Shown: positions 49,815 to 62,040 of the stretch, piece after piece
Position numbering within the stretch: the first letter of the stretch is position 1
Layout: each line of letters begins with the position of its first letter
From: Octopus bimaculoides
Taxonomy: Eukaryota
Length of the DNA: 64,000 nucleotides
Reading direction: 5' to 3'
Assembly (NCBI RefSeq): GCF_001194135.2
Contig: NC_068987.1
Span: 4,788,387 to 4,852,386 of the forward strand
The notes under the pieces: model-generated
What the model saw: only the letters and a program-made list of their open reading frames with translations
Told to the model about the DNA's origin: nothing
Databases searched by the model: none
Made by a program: the position numbers and the translations under genes

Positions 49815-51095
49815 TGCTAGTGCTTGCTAATTTAGTTGCAGGTATTTTATCTTGAGGTTTGGCGGCAACAAGTCTCCTCAAATCTCAAGAACTTTTCATA
49901 GGATTCTCACAGAATATTGAATGGTACTTTTCAGCAGGTTAGCAATGCGAGTTTCGAGTCCAATCTCTTTTAGTCCTTTCAACAGCATCATTGGTGTTGT
50001 GCCAACTGCACAAATTACCACAAGAATAATTGTCTTCATCTTCCACAGTCTCCTCAGCTCTCTGGCTAGATCCTGGTATTTGTCAGTTTTTCTCTATTTC
50101 TTTGATATCGATTCTGCTATCATAGAGAATTGCAAAATCTATGATCATACACTGTTTATTTATTTTGTCCTCTGCAATCATGTCTGGTCTTCTTATCTCA
50201 ATAGTATGGTTAGTCTTTATGGCGAAGTCCAACAAGATCCTGTAATTCTCATTTCCTATCGCAGCCTCTGGTTCGTGTTCCAACCACTTTTCTACAATTT
50301 TGAAGCTACACTCTCGTTTAACATCCCAATGCACTCTTTTGCATACACAAGTCATGTCTGCGCTTATATTCCTTTTGTGCTAGTATACTGCACTCACTCA
50401 GAATATGATTGATACTCTCTTCTCCTTTTTTGCAGATTCCACATTTGCTGTCTGATTGAGTTTTGTTAATCTTTGCCTTTATCAGATATGTTCTAAGCGC
50501 TTGTTCCTGAGAGACTGTAATTAATGTTTCTGTTTCTCGTTTCAGGTTACCGTCCATCAACCACAGCCAGCGATCTTCACTTCCAATATTTTCGGTTTGT
50601 TGCATGAATTGGCCATGCAGTTCCATTTCTTTCTATTTGTTTAATCTGTTGTTCCTCCTTCTCTCTCTGAATTGTCCTACTGTTTCGGTCACCATTTGGG
50701 TATCTCTAGCTGCCGAATGTATCCTTTATTCTGCACAACATGATTTTTCAGGCCTAGTGTCGTAGTACCAACAGTGTCTTCCGCGTTTAGTAATCCTCTA
50801 CCATTCTTTTCTTCTTGGCCGACAGAATCAGTCGGTATTACTCTTAGGATGGAATGCGTCATGCATTGTTAGCGTCTTTCTGGTCCTTCCATCCAAGTTC
50901 TGCAGCTCGAGATTTGTCCACTTCAGAAAAAGGAGCAGAGTACCTCAATATTAGCATCACCCATGTATTTATGACTTTAATGATGTTCTTTCCATTTAAT
51001 TCTATTCCGAGCATTTTCCTAATTCTCCTCTTGTACTCTTTAACGTCTTCCTCTCTCATTTCTCCTTACATTAATACGACCTTTTTTGTTCATTC
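49815..51095 (-). mobile_element. R4/Dong-like RLE retrotransposon: RT C-terminus, CCHC knuckle, RLE and 3' UTR, degenerate
   Basis: KEYKRRIRKMLGIELNGKNIIKVINTW...LRYSA; LHGQFMQQ...WLMDGNLKRETETLITVSQEQALRT...CGICKKGEESINHILSEC..LAQKEYKRRHD; IRRPDMIAEDKINKQCMIIDFAI; tail into (AAC/AAT)n. Confidence 0.93.
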
Positions 51096-51366
51096 ATGGT
51101 TTTTTATCATGTCCAATGTTCCAGTTATCTTTGACAATGTTTTCACCATCATTCCCCACATCTTCAATACTTCAATTTCGAGGTCTTTATACTTTGACAA
51201 TTTCTTTGCTTCTTTTTGGACACTATTTTGATCAGAAGGGACTGCAATATATATCAGAAAGCAGGTGGGTTTATTTTCCCAATCCTTGATTATTATGTCT
51301 GAGCGATTAGCTTTTATTTATTTGTAAGTTTGAATAGGTGTATCCCAGATGATTGTGGCCTGATCG
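51095..51366 (-). mobile_element. Second R4/Dong-like RLE-domain fragment fused upstream of the previous element
   Basis: Manual translation DQATIIWDTPIQTYK*IKANRSDIIIKDWENKPTCFLIYIAVPSDQNSVQKEAKKLSKYKDLEIEVLKMWGM; preceded by (TAA)n 51367-51422. Confidence 0.82.
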
Positions 51367-51374
51367 TTATTATA

Positions 51375-51422
<48 letters not shown>

Positions 51423-51424
<2 letters not shown>

Positions 51425-51630
51425 GGCAGCGAGCTGACAGAATCGTTATTGCGCCGACCAAAATGCTTAGTGATATTTCTTCCAGCTCTTTGCGTTCTGA
51501 GTTCAAATGCTGCCGAGGTTAACTTTGCCTTTCATCTCTTCGGGATGGGGTGGAGATAAAATGAAGTACAAGTAGAGCGATCAACTTACCCCTCCCCTCA
51601 AAATCGCTGGCCTAATGCCAAAATTACAAA
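51423..51630 (+). mobile_element. SINE family B
   Basis: AAGGCAGCGAGCTGACAGAATCGTTA...GAGTTCAAATGC...CTTTGCCTTTCATCTCTTCGGG. Confidence 0.85.
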
Positions 51631-51926
51631 AGAATTATTGTTATTCTTATTTTTATTTATTTATTTATCCATTCATTTATTTTGTTGTTTTACGAAATAT
51701 ATCACTTATCACCTCTATCATCCGATGAAACGAAGCATCTCGTCTAATTTTGCACATTCCCGACTGAAATAGATGGCATCAGAGAATAAAATAACTACAA
51801 ACATAGATTTCGAAAATATAATGAGGCCTTCACACAATACAGAGATTCTTTCATCAGGAATTTGCAAGAGATGCAGCAGACAAACAGGGGGAAGTGAGTG
51901 GGGGGGGGATAACAATAATAATAATG

Positions 51927-51961
<35 letters not shown>

Positions 51962-52082
51962 TAATGCAAGAATTCTTCGCAGAGTTTAGAAGCATAACCA
52001 GTAAACAAATGTCACCTTAGTCTGCTGGCTGTGGACAGGTGGCACCTTCCATCATACCCACCAAAATAAGCTGTGAGGTTTC

Positions 52083-52085
<3 letters not shown>
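51962..52085 (+). mobile_element. Extreme 5'-truncated R4/Dong-like copy (about 125 bp) inside a (TAA)n array
   Basis: GCAAGAATTCTTCGCAGAG (ARILRR) plus UTR matching 16838-16920; (TAA)n on both sides (51916-51960, 52086-52137). Confidence 0.82.
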
Positions 52086-52140
<55 letters not shown>

Positions 52141-52270
52141 CTTTTCCTCTTTTACTTGTTTCAGTCATTTGACTGTGGCCATGCTGGAGCACCGCCTGAT
52201 GATGATTTCTTTATTAACCACAAGGGTTTACATGAACAAAACCATTATGAACAGCACAGGACAAAACAAA

Positions 52271-52301
<31 letters not shown>

Positions 52302-52611
52302 TGTGTGTGTGTGTGCGTGTTATTTTGAGGGTTTTGCGTGTAAACAAAACTAACAACATTTTTAAAATCAACAATGTGTGATCCTCAATAGGGAGGAAAC
52401 TTCGAGGACTGCTCATGGAAAAACCCATAAGAAATAACCATGAGTATCCTGACTTTGGGGGCAGGTACCTTTTTTCCTTTCCTTTTTTTCCAACTACAGG
52501 CGTATGTTCAGGGCAGGCCGTTCATTCGCTCTATTCTTGCCACTTTCATCTACCTTTCAGCAAAGTGACCAGAAGACAGCACTTACCTCTCTACCCTTAT
52601 TTTCCGAGCGG

Positions 52612-52715
52612 TTTCTTATTTAGGCACAAGGCCAGCAATTTTAAAGGGAGAAGGAATAGTCGATTATAATGACTCCAGTAATTGATATGTATGTACTCGG
52701 AAAAGATGAAAGGCG
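52612..52715 (-). mobile_element. SINE family B 3' fragment
   Basis: TAGGCACAAGGCCAGCAATTTTAAGGG...GGAAAAGATGAAAGGC. Confidence 0.65.
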
Positions 52716-52983
52716 GGATTTGATAATGATGATGATGATGATCATCATCATCATCGTCGTCGTCTGCATATCAGGGCCTCGGTGAGTGGAAAGAAAATGG
52801 TACTACCTTTATTTTACTCTTCTGTGGAAATGGTGAAAATCGAACAGAAACCCAACTGGCTCCGTTGCAGTTTATCAGAACACTAACTTTACTATTCAAC
52901 AAATAAAGCAATCCATTATATCGCCATGATAGATCGCTGACCACTACATTTAAATTTTTTTTCTCCTTGTTTTTCTCCTTATT

Positions 52984-53021
52984 TCTTTCTGTTGAAGAGC
53001 GTAGCTCGAAACGTTAAAGAC
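52984..53021 (+). ncRNA. Putative minimal hammerhead ribozyme motif (variant core) in a probable PLE terminal repeat
   Basis: TTGAAGA-GCGTAGCTC-GAAACGT: CUGANGA core with C3 to U, GAAA, palindromic ACGT stem III; stems I and II imperfect. Confidence 0.4.
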
Positions 53022-53654
53022 TTTCTCTATTCCCGAGCGTTAAACTAATACATCCTTTTGTTGTTTACACCACCTGTCCTCGTCTGTTGTTTTTTTCGTA
53101 AATTCTCCCATATATANNNNNNNNNNNNNNNNNNNNNNNNNNNNNNNNNNNNNNNNNNNNNNNNNNNNNNNNNNNNNNNNNNNNNNNNNNNNNNNNNNNN
53201 NNNNNNNNNNNNNNNNNNNNNNNNNNNNNNNNNNNNNNNNNNNNNNNNNNNNNNNNNNNNNNNNNNNNNNNNNNNNNNNNNNNNNNNNNNNNNNNNNNNN
53301 NNNNNNNNNNNNNNNNNNNNNNTGCCCTCCTTTGAGTTACTTTCCGTGATGTAGGTTCAACTAGAATCTTGGACAGCAGGATGTCAAGTTGTTTCTGGCA
53401 AATATTTACCCCTACTTCATGTAGATCTCTCAAATTTGTTCGGCAAGATGTTAAATAGCTGTGTGGTGGTGGTGGGGGGGGGGGTCTTTGAATCCCAAGC
53501 TGTTGCAGTATCTGGTCCTCATTCTATATGGTATGGGTGGGACCTTTGGAACAGCGCATACACAGGCACACACACACACACACATATATACGTGTGTCTC
53601 TCTATATATATTTATATTATATATTATATATGTTACATATATATATATTATATA

Positions 53655-53818
53655 TGATGTGGCTGTGTGGTAAGTAGATTGCTTACCAACCACATGGATC
53701 CGGGTTCAGTCCCACTGCGTAGCATCTTGGGCAAGTGTCTTCTAATATAGCCTCAGGCTGACCAAAGCCTTGTGAGTGAATTTGGAAGATAGAAACTGAA
53801 AGAAGCCCGTCGTATATC

Positions 53819-53870
<52 letters not shown>

Positions 53871-54087
53871 TATGTTTGTGTCTGTCCCCCTCCACTATCG
53901 CTTGACAACCGATTTTGGTTTGTTTACATCCCCGTAACTTAGCGGTTCGGTAAAAAAAAAAGTCCGATAGAATAAGTACTAGTCTTACAAAGAATAAGTC
54001 CTGAGGTCGATTTGTTCGACTAAAAGGCGGTGCTCCAGCATGGCCGCAGTCAAATGACTGAAACAAGTAAAAGAATAAAAGAATACA
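53655..54087 (+). mobile_element. SINE family A, full-length reference copy
   Basis: A box TGGCTGTGTGG 53660-53670, B box GGGTTCAGTCCC 53702-53713, CORE-like CTTGGGCAAGTGTCTTC 53726-53742, central (TA)(GT) tract, tail GAAACAAGTAAAAGAATAAAAGA. Confidence 0.95.
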
Positions 54088-55034
54088 TATANNNNNNNNN
54101 NNNNNNNNNNNNNNNNNNNNNNNNNNNNNNNNNNNNNNNNNNNNNNNNNNNNNNNNNNNNNNNNNNNNNNNNNNNNNNNNNNNNNNNNNNNNNNNNNNNN
54201 NNNNNNNNNNNNNNNNNNNNNNNNNNNNNNNNNNNNNNNNNNNNNNNNNNNNNNNNNNNNNNNNNNNNNNNNNNNNNNNNNNNNNNNNNNNNNNNNNNNN
54301 NNNNNNNNNNNNNNNNNNNNNNNNNNNNNNNNNNNNNNNNNNNNNNNNNNNNNNNNNNNNNNNNNNNNNNNNNNNNNNNNNNNNNNNNNNNNNNNNNNNN
54401 NNNNNNNNNNNNNNNNNNNNNNNNNNNNNNNNNNNNNNNNNNNNNNNNNNNNNNNNNNNNNNNNNNNNNNNNNNNNNNNNNNNNNNNNNNNNNNNNNNNN
54501 NNNNNNNNNNNNNNNNNNNNNNNNNNNNNNNNNNNNNNNNNNNNNNNNNNNNNNNNNNNNNNNNNNNNNNNNNNNNNNNNNNNNNNNNNNNNNNNNNNNN
54601 NNNNNNNNNNNNNNNNNNNNNNNNNNNNNNNNNNNNNNNNNNNNNNNNNNNNNNNNNNNNNNNNNNNNNNNNNNNNNNNNNNNNNNNNNNNNNNNNNNNN
54701 NNNNNNNNNNNNNNNNNNNNNNNNNNNNNNNNNNNNNNNNNNNNNNNNNNNNNNNNNNNNNNNNNNNNNNNNNNNNNNNNNNNNNNNNNNNNNNNNNNNN
54801 NNNNNNNNNNNNNNNNNNNNNNNNNNNNNNNNNNNNNNNNNNNNNNNNNNNNNNNNNNNNNNNNNNNNNNNNNNNNNNNNNNNNNNNNNNNNNNNNNNNN
54901 NNNNNNNNNNNNNNNNNNNNNNNNNNNNNNNNNNNNNNNNNNNNNNNNNNNNNNNNNNNNNNNNNNNNNNNNNNNNNNNNNNNNNNNNNNNNNNNNNNNN
55001 NNNNNNNNNNNNNNNNNNNNNNNNNATATATATC

Positions 55035-55068
<34 letters not shown>

Positions 55069-55509
55069 TATGAACGTATATACATACATGTGTGTATTTG
55101 AGGTGTAGATTCACGTCTACACGTGTATATATATATATATATGCGTGTAGGCGTGAATATACACTTCAAATACACACACACATGCACACATGCACGCATG
55201 TAGAACGTGATTAGTGGGCACCTGATTATATATTTAATCTGCCTCCGCACCAATCTTCAACTGCTGCTGATCTTCACAAAACCAAAATGGATGCGACAAG
55301 TTAGAAAACAGCAATTACAAAGTCTTTAATGAAACTGTAAAAATTTGTATAATATTACAGAAGTTTAACCTCCACAGCGTGCATCTAACACGTGTATAGA
55401 CATACAAACATGTGTATTATATATGTATACGCATTCTTATGTCAAAACATACAGATTTCTAAACACGCTGGCATGTAAATGTACATATACGTAATCAGAC
55501 ATACTCTTT

Positions 55510-56087
55510 TACGCTTTTCCTCTTTTTACTTGTTTCGGTCATTTGACTGCGGCCATGCCGGAGCACCGCCTTTAGTCGAACAAATCAACCCCAGGACTTT
55601 ATTCTATGTAAGCGTAGTTTTTATTCTATCGGTCTCTTTTGCCAAACCAATAAGTTACGGGGACGTAAACACGCCAACATCGGTTGTCAAGCAATGGTGG
55701 AAGGACAAACACAGACACACAAATACATACATACACACACACACAGACACACATATATATACGACGGGCTTCTTTCAGTTTCCCTCTACCAAATCCATTC
55801 ACAAGGTTTTGGTAGGTTCGAGCCCGGAACCATGTGGCCTATACGTATGTAATTGCGTCTTTTATCTTTTACTTATTTCAGCCATTAGACTGCGGCCATG
55901 CTGGGGCACTGCCTTGTATAGCTTTTAGTCGAATCAATCGATTCCAGTACTTTTTTTTATAGACTGGTACTCATTCTTTCGGTTCGCTTTTGCTGAACCG
56001 CTAGGTTACGGGGACGTAAGTACACCAACACCTGTTGTCAAGTATTGGTATGGAACAAACAGGCACAAAGACACACACGCATAAATA

Positions 56088-56136
<49 letters not shown>

Positions 56137-56250
56137 ATAAGACGGGCTTCTTTCAATTTCCGTCTACCAAATCCACCCACAAGGCTTTAGTCAGCCTGGG
56201 GCTATAGTAGAAGACACTTGCTCAGGGTGCCACGCAGTGGGACTGAACCC
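55510..56250 (-). mobile_element. Two tandem SINE family A copies (55510-55840 and 55857-56250)
   Basis: Each has the tail GACTGCGGCCATG, a central CA/GT tract and GACGGGCTTCTTTCA(G/A)TTTCC. Confidence 0.88.
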
Positions 56251-56454
56251 AGAAACAAGTGTCTTTTCTGGGTTTTATTCTTCATCTTTTACCTGTACCC
56301 TGCAACAGACCGGTGTCCCGCTCAGGTGGAGTTTTGTGGTTTTGGTCACTTATACGGTATGGACACCGGCCTCGTGTGTCCTAAGGATCGAGAAAAATTG
56401 AGAAAATTTTTTTTTAAATTACGTTTTGTTTTTGTTTGTTGTAAAACACTGGTT

Positions 56455-56870
56455 TCAGATTTTGGCACAAAATAGTAATTTTAAGGGAAGGCTAAGTCAA
56501 TTACAGTGCGTAACTGGAACGTATTTTATCGATCCCGAAAGGATGAAAGGCAAAAGTCGACCTCGGCGGAATTTCAACTCAGAGCGAAAATAAACAGAAG
56601 AGATGTTGCGAGATGTTGCTATAAGCATTTTGTCCGTGTTGCTAACGATTCTATCTATTCCGGACACAAGGCCTGAAATTTGGGGGTAGGGGAATAGCCG
56701 ATTACATCACCTCCAGTACTTACTTAACCGGTACTTATTTTATCGACCCCGAAAGGATGAAAGACAAAGTCGACCTCGGTGGAATTTGAACTGAGAACGT
56801 AAAGATGGACGTAAATGTCGGCAAGCGTTCAGTTCGCCATGCTCACGAATCTGCCGGGTCGCCACCTTTG
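56455..56870 (-). mobile_element. Two tandem SINE family B copies (56455-56650 and 56658-56870)
   Basis: Each has CGAAAGGATGAAAG(G/A)CAAA..GTCGACCTCGG(C/T)GGAATTT(C/G)AACT. Confidence 0.88.
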
Positions 56871-58039
56871 TTTGTTACAAAATAACAAAACCATAAAAAG
56901 TAAAAATATCTACCCACTCATCCAGAAAATGATGGTAAGCAAAGGATGCTAGCCACCAATCTTGATTAAAAATCAGAAATAAAATATTTCCGCCATTTTC
57001 TACGAACATATTCTCATCCTGTTCTTTCAGCTTGCTTCATCATCCTCTGATAAAGCACATCTGCTATTGAGCTTCGTATTTCACCATCAGCATCACTNNN
57101 NNNNNNNNNNNNNNNNNNNNNNNNNNNNNNNNNNNNNNNNNNNNNNNNNNNNNNNNNNNNNNNNNNNNNNNNNNNNNNNNNNNNNNNNNNNNNNNNNNNN
57201 NNNNNNNNNNNNNNNNNNNNNNNNNNNNNNNNNNNNNNNNNNNNNNNNNNNNNNNNNNNNNNNNNNNNNNNNNNNNNNNNNNNNNNNNNNNNNNNNNNNN
57301 NNNNNNNNNNNNNNNNNNNNNNNNNNNNNNNNNNNNNNNNNNNNNNNNNNNNNNNNNNNNNNNNNNNNNNNNNNNNNNNNNNNNNNNNNNNNNNNNNNNN
57401 TAGAAATTAGAAATTGAGAAAATACAGGCGTAGGACGTTAAATGAAGCCATGTATCTGTAAGAGTCCAAAAATGTAGTGGATCGGTGGTGATGGCGGCGG
57501 TGGTGGTGGTGGTGGTGGTGGTGGTGCTGCTGCTGCTGCTGCTGCTGCTGCAAATGGTGGTGGGGTTGTTGAAGGTGGTATTGGTTATAGATGTGGTGGT
57601 GGTGATGGTAGATGCGGCGGTAGTGGTGATAGTACTGGCGTTGGTGATGGTGGTGGTTTTGGTGATATTGATCGTGGTGTTGTTGGTATTGGTTGTGATT
57701 GTGGTGCTGGTGGTGGTAGTGGTGGTGTTGGCATTGGAGATGGCGGTGATGGTGGTGGTGGCGGTGGTAGTAGTGATGGTGACGGCTGTGAAATGCTCGC
57801 CATGTATGATGTCACTGAAGCGTGATGGTATTGAGGCTGACGTTGTTGTGCCGTCATTGCAAGAGTTTGGTTCTCTCCGTGAAGTTGTGTGCTCGTTCTG
57901 TGAGGCCATGGTGCACAATTTGTCTGTTGTTGTTCTGTTCATTCCAGGTTAACCCTGATCGAGCAGGTCGGGTGATCAAAGTCAAAGGAATTCTAACTAT
58001 GACCATCCCATCGAGGTCTCTTTCTTTTACTGTTTCATC

Positions 58040-58322
58040 CTCTATCATTTACTTGTCAGTCATTAGACTGTGACCATGCTACGGTTACGCCTCGAAGGGT
58101 GTAGTCGAACAAAATCGACCCCCGCCCCCAGTAATTACGAGAACGTAAACAAACTAACATCAGTTTAACACAAAACCCCATCTCGTATGTATCTATCTAT
58201 CTATGTGACCGTGTGGTAAGAAGCTTGCTTCCCAACCACATGGTCCTGGGTTTAGTCCCATTGCGTAGCACCTTGGGCAAGTGTCTTCTACTATTTGGTA
58301 GACGGAAACTGAAAGAAGCCCA

Positions 58323-58325
<3 letters not shown>
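58040..58325. mobile_element. SINE family A tail (-, 58040-58165) and head (+, 58203-58325)
   Basis: CATTAGACTGTGACCATGCT; GTGTGGTAAGAAGCTTGCTTCCCAACCACATGG...CCTTGGGCAAGTGTCTTC. Confidence 0.8.
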
Positions 58326-58391
<66 letters not shown>

Positions 58392-59019
58392 TCTGTCAAA
58401 TAACTGAAACAAATAAAACAGCAAGAGAATACCCATACATACGTTCGTATTTCAGTAAACACAGTTACGTGTATTACCTCCCCTTATCTACGCCCCCACC
58501 GAACCCTCTTCTCTGTACAGTCACATCTTAAACACTCGAATATAAACAGAAACGCACACATTCTCTACAGCTCACCGGATACCCACATAACAGGTACACC
58601 GTTTCCTGCCTCCGCACGCAAACGAAACCAGATGGTCTCTGCATATTACTAATCTTGTTTGCTCTGTACTCAACTCCTTGCTAACCACCCCTCTTTACTT
58701 CATATTTGCTGCTGCTACTGAATAAATGAAGTCTTCGATTGACATAAGACCCACCACAAGGCATTTTAAGGAAAGGCGGAGTTAATTTAATGAATCGAAT
58801 ACTCGACGGGTGCTTAATTCTCTCGACATTGGAATGGTGAAAAGTTAAGTCGATCTCCTTGTGATTTGGACTCTGGAGAGAGAGAGACAGAATGGAACAA
58901 ATACTGAATGGCGTATTAAAGAAGTAGTTGAAAGCAATCAGATTTAAGGTCAATGATGTACCAAAACACATCTGGACTCGTAAATATATTTTCAAAACAA
59001 GTGCATACAACTTTGTTCG

Positions 59020-59071
<52 letters not shown>

Positions 59072-60295
59072 CGTCTGTGTGTGCATGTATGTACGTATAT
59101 ATGTATGCATGCATGTATGTATGCATGCATGTATGTATGCATACAGTACGGTTAGCTGTAAGAAAGGTTACGAGAGGAATTTCAAAACCCGTGCACTTTT
59201 AAACAAACGAGATCTACGTTGCCTTCCAGCCTTTTGGGGTCGATAAAACAACATGCCAGTCCAGACGATGGATTGGTGGAACTGTAGCAGAAGCGTGTTC
59301 GCTCTTTACCTTTAGATATCCGCATTTTGCCTTTTTACCTTTAGCTACCCATTTTGGTTCATCATGTGATGGTCCAGTCCATCTAGTTTTATGTGGGCTG
59401 CCCACCCCTTAACATGACAGACTAGCCAAGCATCCCAACATCAGTTATTTAAGGGAAGCTTTTTCCCACTAATTTCTTAGAGAGGTGAGTCGTGAGTTTG
59501 GATGTTAGAGAGGCGATGAGCGAGTTTGGATCTTCGACATGAGAGCAGTTTTATTTTTCTTTGCAGCTTTAGTGAGGAGAAAATTGTAGCAGGAATTCTT
59601 GACGCAATGCTTCGCGTTTCTCCAACGTTCATCTTCAACTTCAAGAAGCACTTTGAAACAATGCATTTTATTTAACAGATTTGTTCAAATACCAGTTTGC
59701 TGTATTTTCTTTTAGCGGTGGAACAAAATGTTGCAGTTGTCTTTAACTTGCCTTCGCATTTCTGGGGGTTCTTTATCCTGACTCTTGCTAACCCAGAAGA
59801 TATTATGTTACCAGAGCTTCAGTCACATTGCACCATTTACCACCTCGCTAAAGAACTGTTAGCGCGTAGATACCTTGCTGTGTCTGATCCGTCCCTTTGC
59901 GTTCATTCAACTGTGTCTACGGTAACAATGGCGCCAGACTCTATCGGTCTTGAGACACCGGCCTTTTCGTTGGACAACATCGGTGATTAGGAGAGAGGAG
60001 ACATCCATATATGGACAACTGCCAGTCACATACAAAGATCCTTATCCAGGTTTGAGTATTCCGGTGCAAATACATGGTCACCTTGATCGACAGAAAGACC
60101 CCCTAAATAAAATAAGCGAATTTCCCTTTAAAAACAAAATCAATGAAAATACAAATAAAAACGGCAAAAGAGAATACAAACAGTCAAACGTGTTTCTAAC
60201 CTAGAAATTCAACGAAAATAAACATCAGTTATCAACCCACCACAAAATCAAGATACGCCTATGGCACAAAAATAGCAGCCAACCAACGAGCATGA

Positions 60296-60296
<1 letters not shown>

Positions 60297-60381
<85 letters not shown>
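60297..60381. repeat. (TAA)n microsatellite
   Basis: Perfect run of about 28 units with no RLE insertion. Confidence 0.98.
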
Positions 60382-60382
<1 letters not shown>

Positions 60383-60889
60383 TAGTAAACAGGCGCACAC
60401 AAGCGGCTACGCCTACACCAACGGATATAAATAAAGAAATACGCTACTTTGAAGAAAACAAAACTAAAGCAACACAGCTGACAATTTTAGATTTCATGCT
60501 TAGAAATTCGAACACAAGCTAACTTCTGCTTTCAGCTTTCTGGTGATGATGATAGCTACCATGTTGTTTCCGACAGACACCTTATGACTTAATACACTTG
60601 AGGTATGCCCTGAGTCAGATCTTTCGTTAATAAAGATAAAAATGTTGCGTAATAACTCCTATAAGCTTTCTCTTCCCATGGTTTGGTGATGATCAATACC
60701 AATGAAGATGATTTGAGCGCGAAAGGTGTACGCCTTAATTTAGAAACTACGAGAGAACGTGAAATGATTCGTTTTTAACTGTAGAACTTTTTAACTGTAG
60801 AACTCGGAGTAGATGATGAAGCTACTTTATTTCATTAGATTGGCCATTAAGGCCTTACAAAGAAGGAACAAACAAGGACAAATGATGAA

Positions 60890-61198
60890 GCTACTTACCA
60901 CACAGCCACTCCTGCGCCTATGCTGTATGACTTTGGCACAAGGCCTGCAATTTTGAGAGGGAGAGGGGAAAATCGATTACATCGATCCCAGTACTTCACT
61001 ATTTTATTGTGAAGTCCGAGGACACGGGAGATACGCCTCCAAGGGTTTAGTCGATTCAATTGACCCCAGGATTTATTTTCAAGCCTAGTATTTATGCCAT
61101 CAGTCTCTTGTGGAATAGACAAGTTACAGGGATGTAAACAAACCAGCACCAGTCGTCAAGCGGTGGGGGAAACAAGCAAAAAGACACGCATGCACACA

Positions 61199-61269
<71 letters not shown>

Positions 61270-61433
61270 GATGGGATTCCATGCAATTTCCGTCTACCGA
61301 ATTCACTCACAAGGCATTGGGCAGGCAAAGTTATAATAGAAAACACTTGCTCAAAGTGCCATGCATTGAGATTGAACCCGATACTTCGTGGTTGCAAAGC
61401 GAGCTTCTTAACCACACAGCTACACCTGCGCCC
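60890..61433 (-). mobile_element. SINE cluster: A head fragment (60890-60922), B tail (60930-61005), full A copy (61025-61433)
   Basis: CTTACCACACAGCCACTCCTGCGCC; GGCACAAGGCCTGCAATTTTG; CTTAACCACACAGCTACACCTGCGCC. Confidence 0.8.
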
Positions 61434-61889
61434 ACACAGCCATTCAACTGACTTTTCGAATCTTAAGAGGTTCTAAAATGGAAACCCAGAAGTCATGGCT
61501 CTTTCTCGCAACAAATCCTGTGTTTAGACCAAATGAGGGATTGTTTTTTGTAGTTTTTAATCCGTAAATTAATCAGATTTGTCCATCAAATGCTTTAAGT
61601 AGTCAATGATTTAATGCATCGACCTGTCTGTCTTAACATTCCAGAAATATTAAAATAGCTTCAGACATTCTACGATATTTAACACAACTCTGAAAATGAA
61701 AATTCGTTTGCATAGAAGTGTTTGAAAGAGAGAGAGAAGCGGAGAGAGGGGAAGGGAGAGAGAGACAGATGTCTACGCCCATGCGCACTCATATACTGAG
61801 AGAAAGTAAACAAAAAAAGCAGAAAAGAGAATACAAATTTGGAGAAAGGAATAATGGGATGAAAAATAGAAAAGTCAGACGATAATAAG

Positions 61890-62040
61890 CTTTTCTACTC
61901 TAGGTACAAGACCCGGAATTTTTGGGAGGGAGCCAGTCGATTAGATCGATCCCAGTACGCAACTGGTACATAATTTATCGACCTCGTAACGGCAGACGAA
62001 ATACCGCTAAGCATTTCGCCCGGTGTGCTAACGTTTCTGG
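61890..62040 (-). mobile_element. SINE family B with internal deletion
   Basis: TTTCTACTCTAGGTACAAG...GAAATACCGCTAAGCATTTCGCCCGGTGTGCTAACG. Confidence 0.82.

Noticed and set aside
52470-52600. Strong plus-strand acceptor at 52499 and minus-strand donor at 52586
   Set aside because: Associated frames give no recognisable protein, and the minus-strand exon would be SINE-derived.
56310-56369. 9-bp inverted repeat CCGGTGTCC/GGACACCGG
   Set aside because: Too short, with no TSD or second copy, to call an element.
57064-57952. Mucin-like Thr-rich (minus) and Val-rich (plus) ORFs
   Set aside because: GGT/GCT trinucleotide decay spanning a gap; no signal peptide or splice support.
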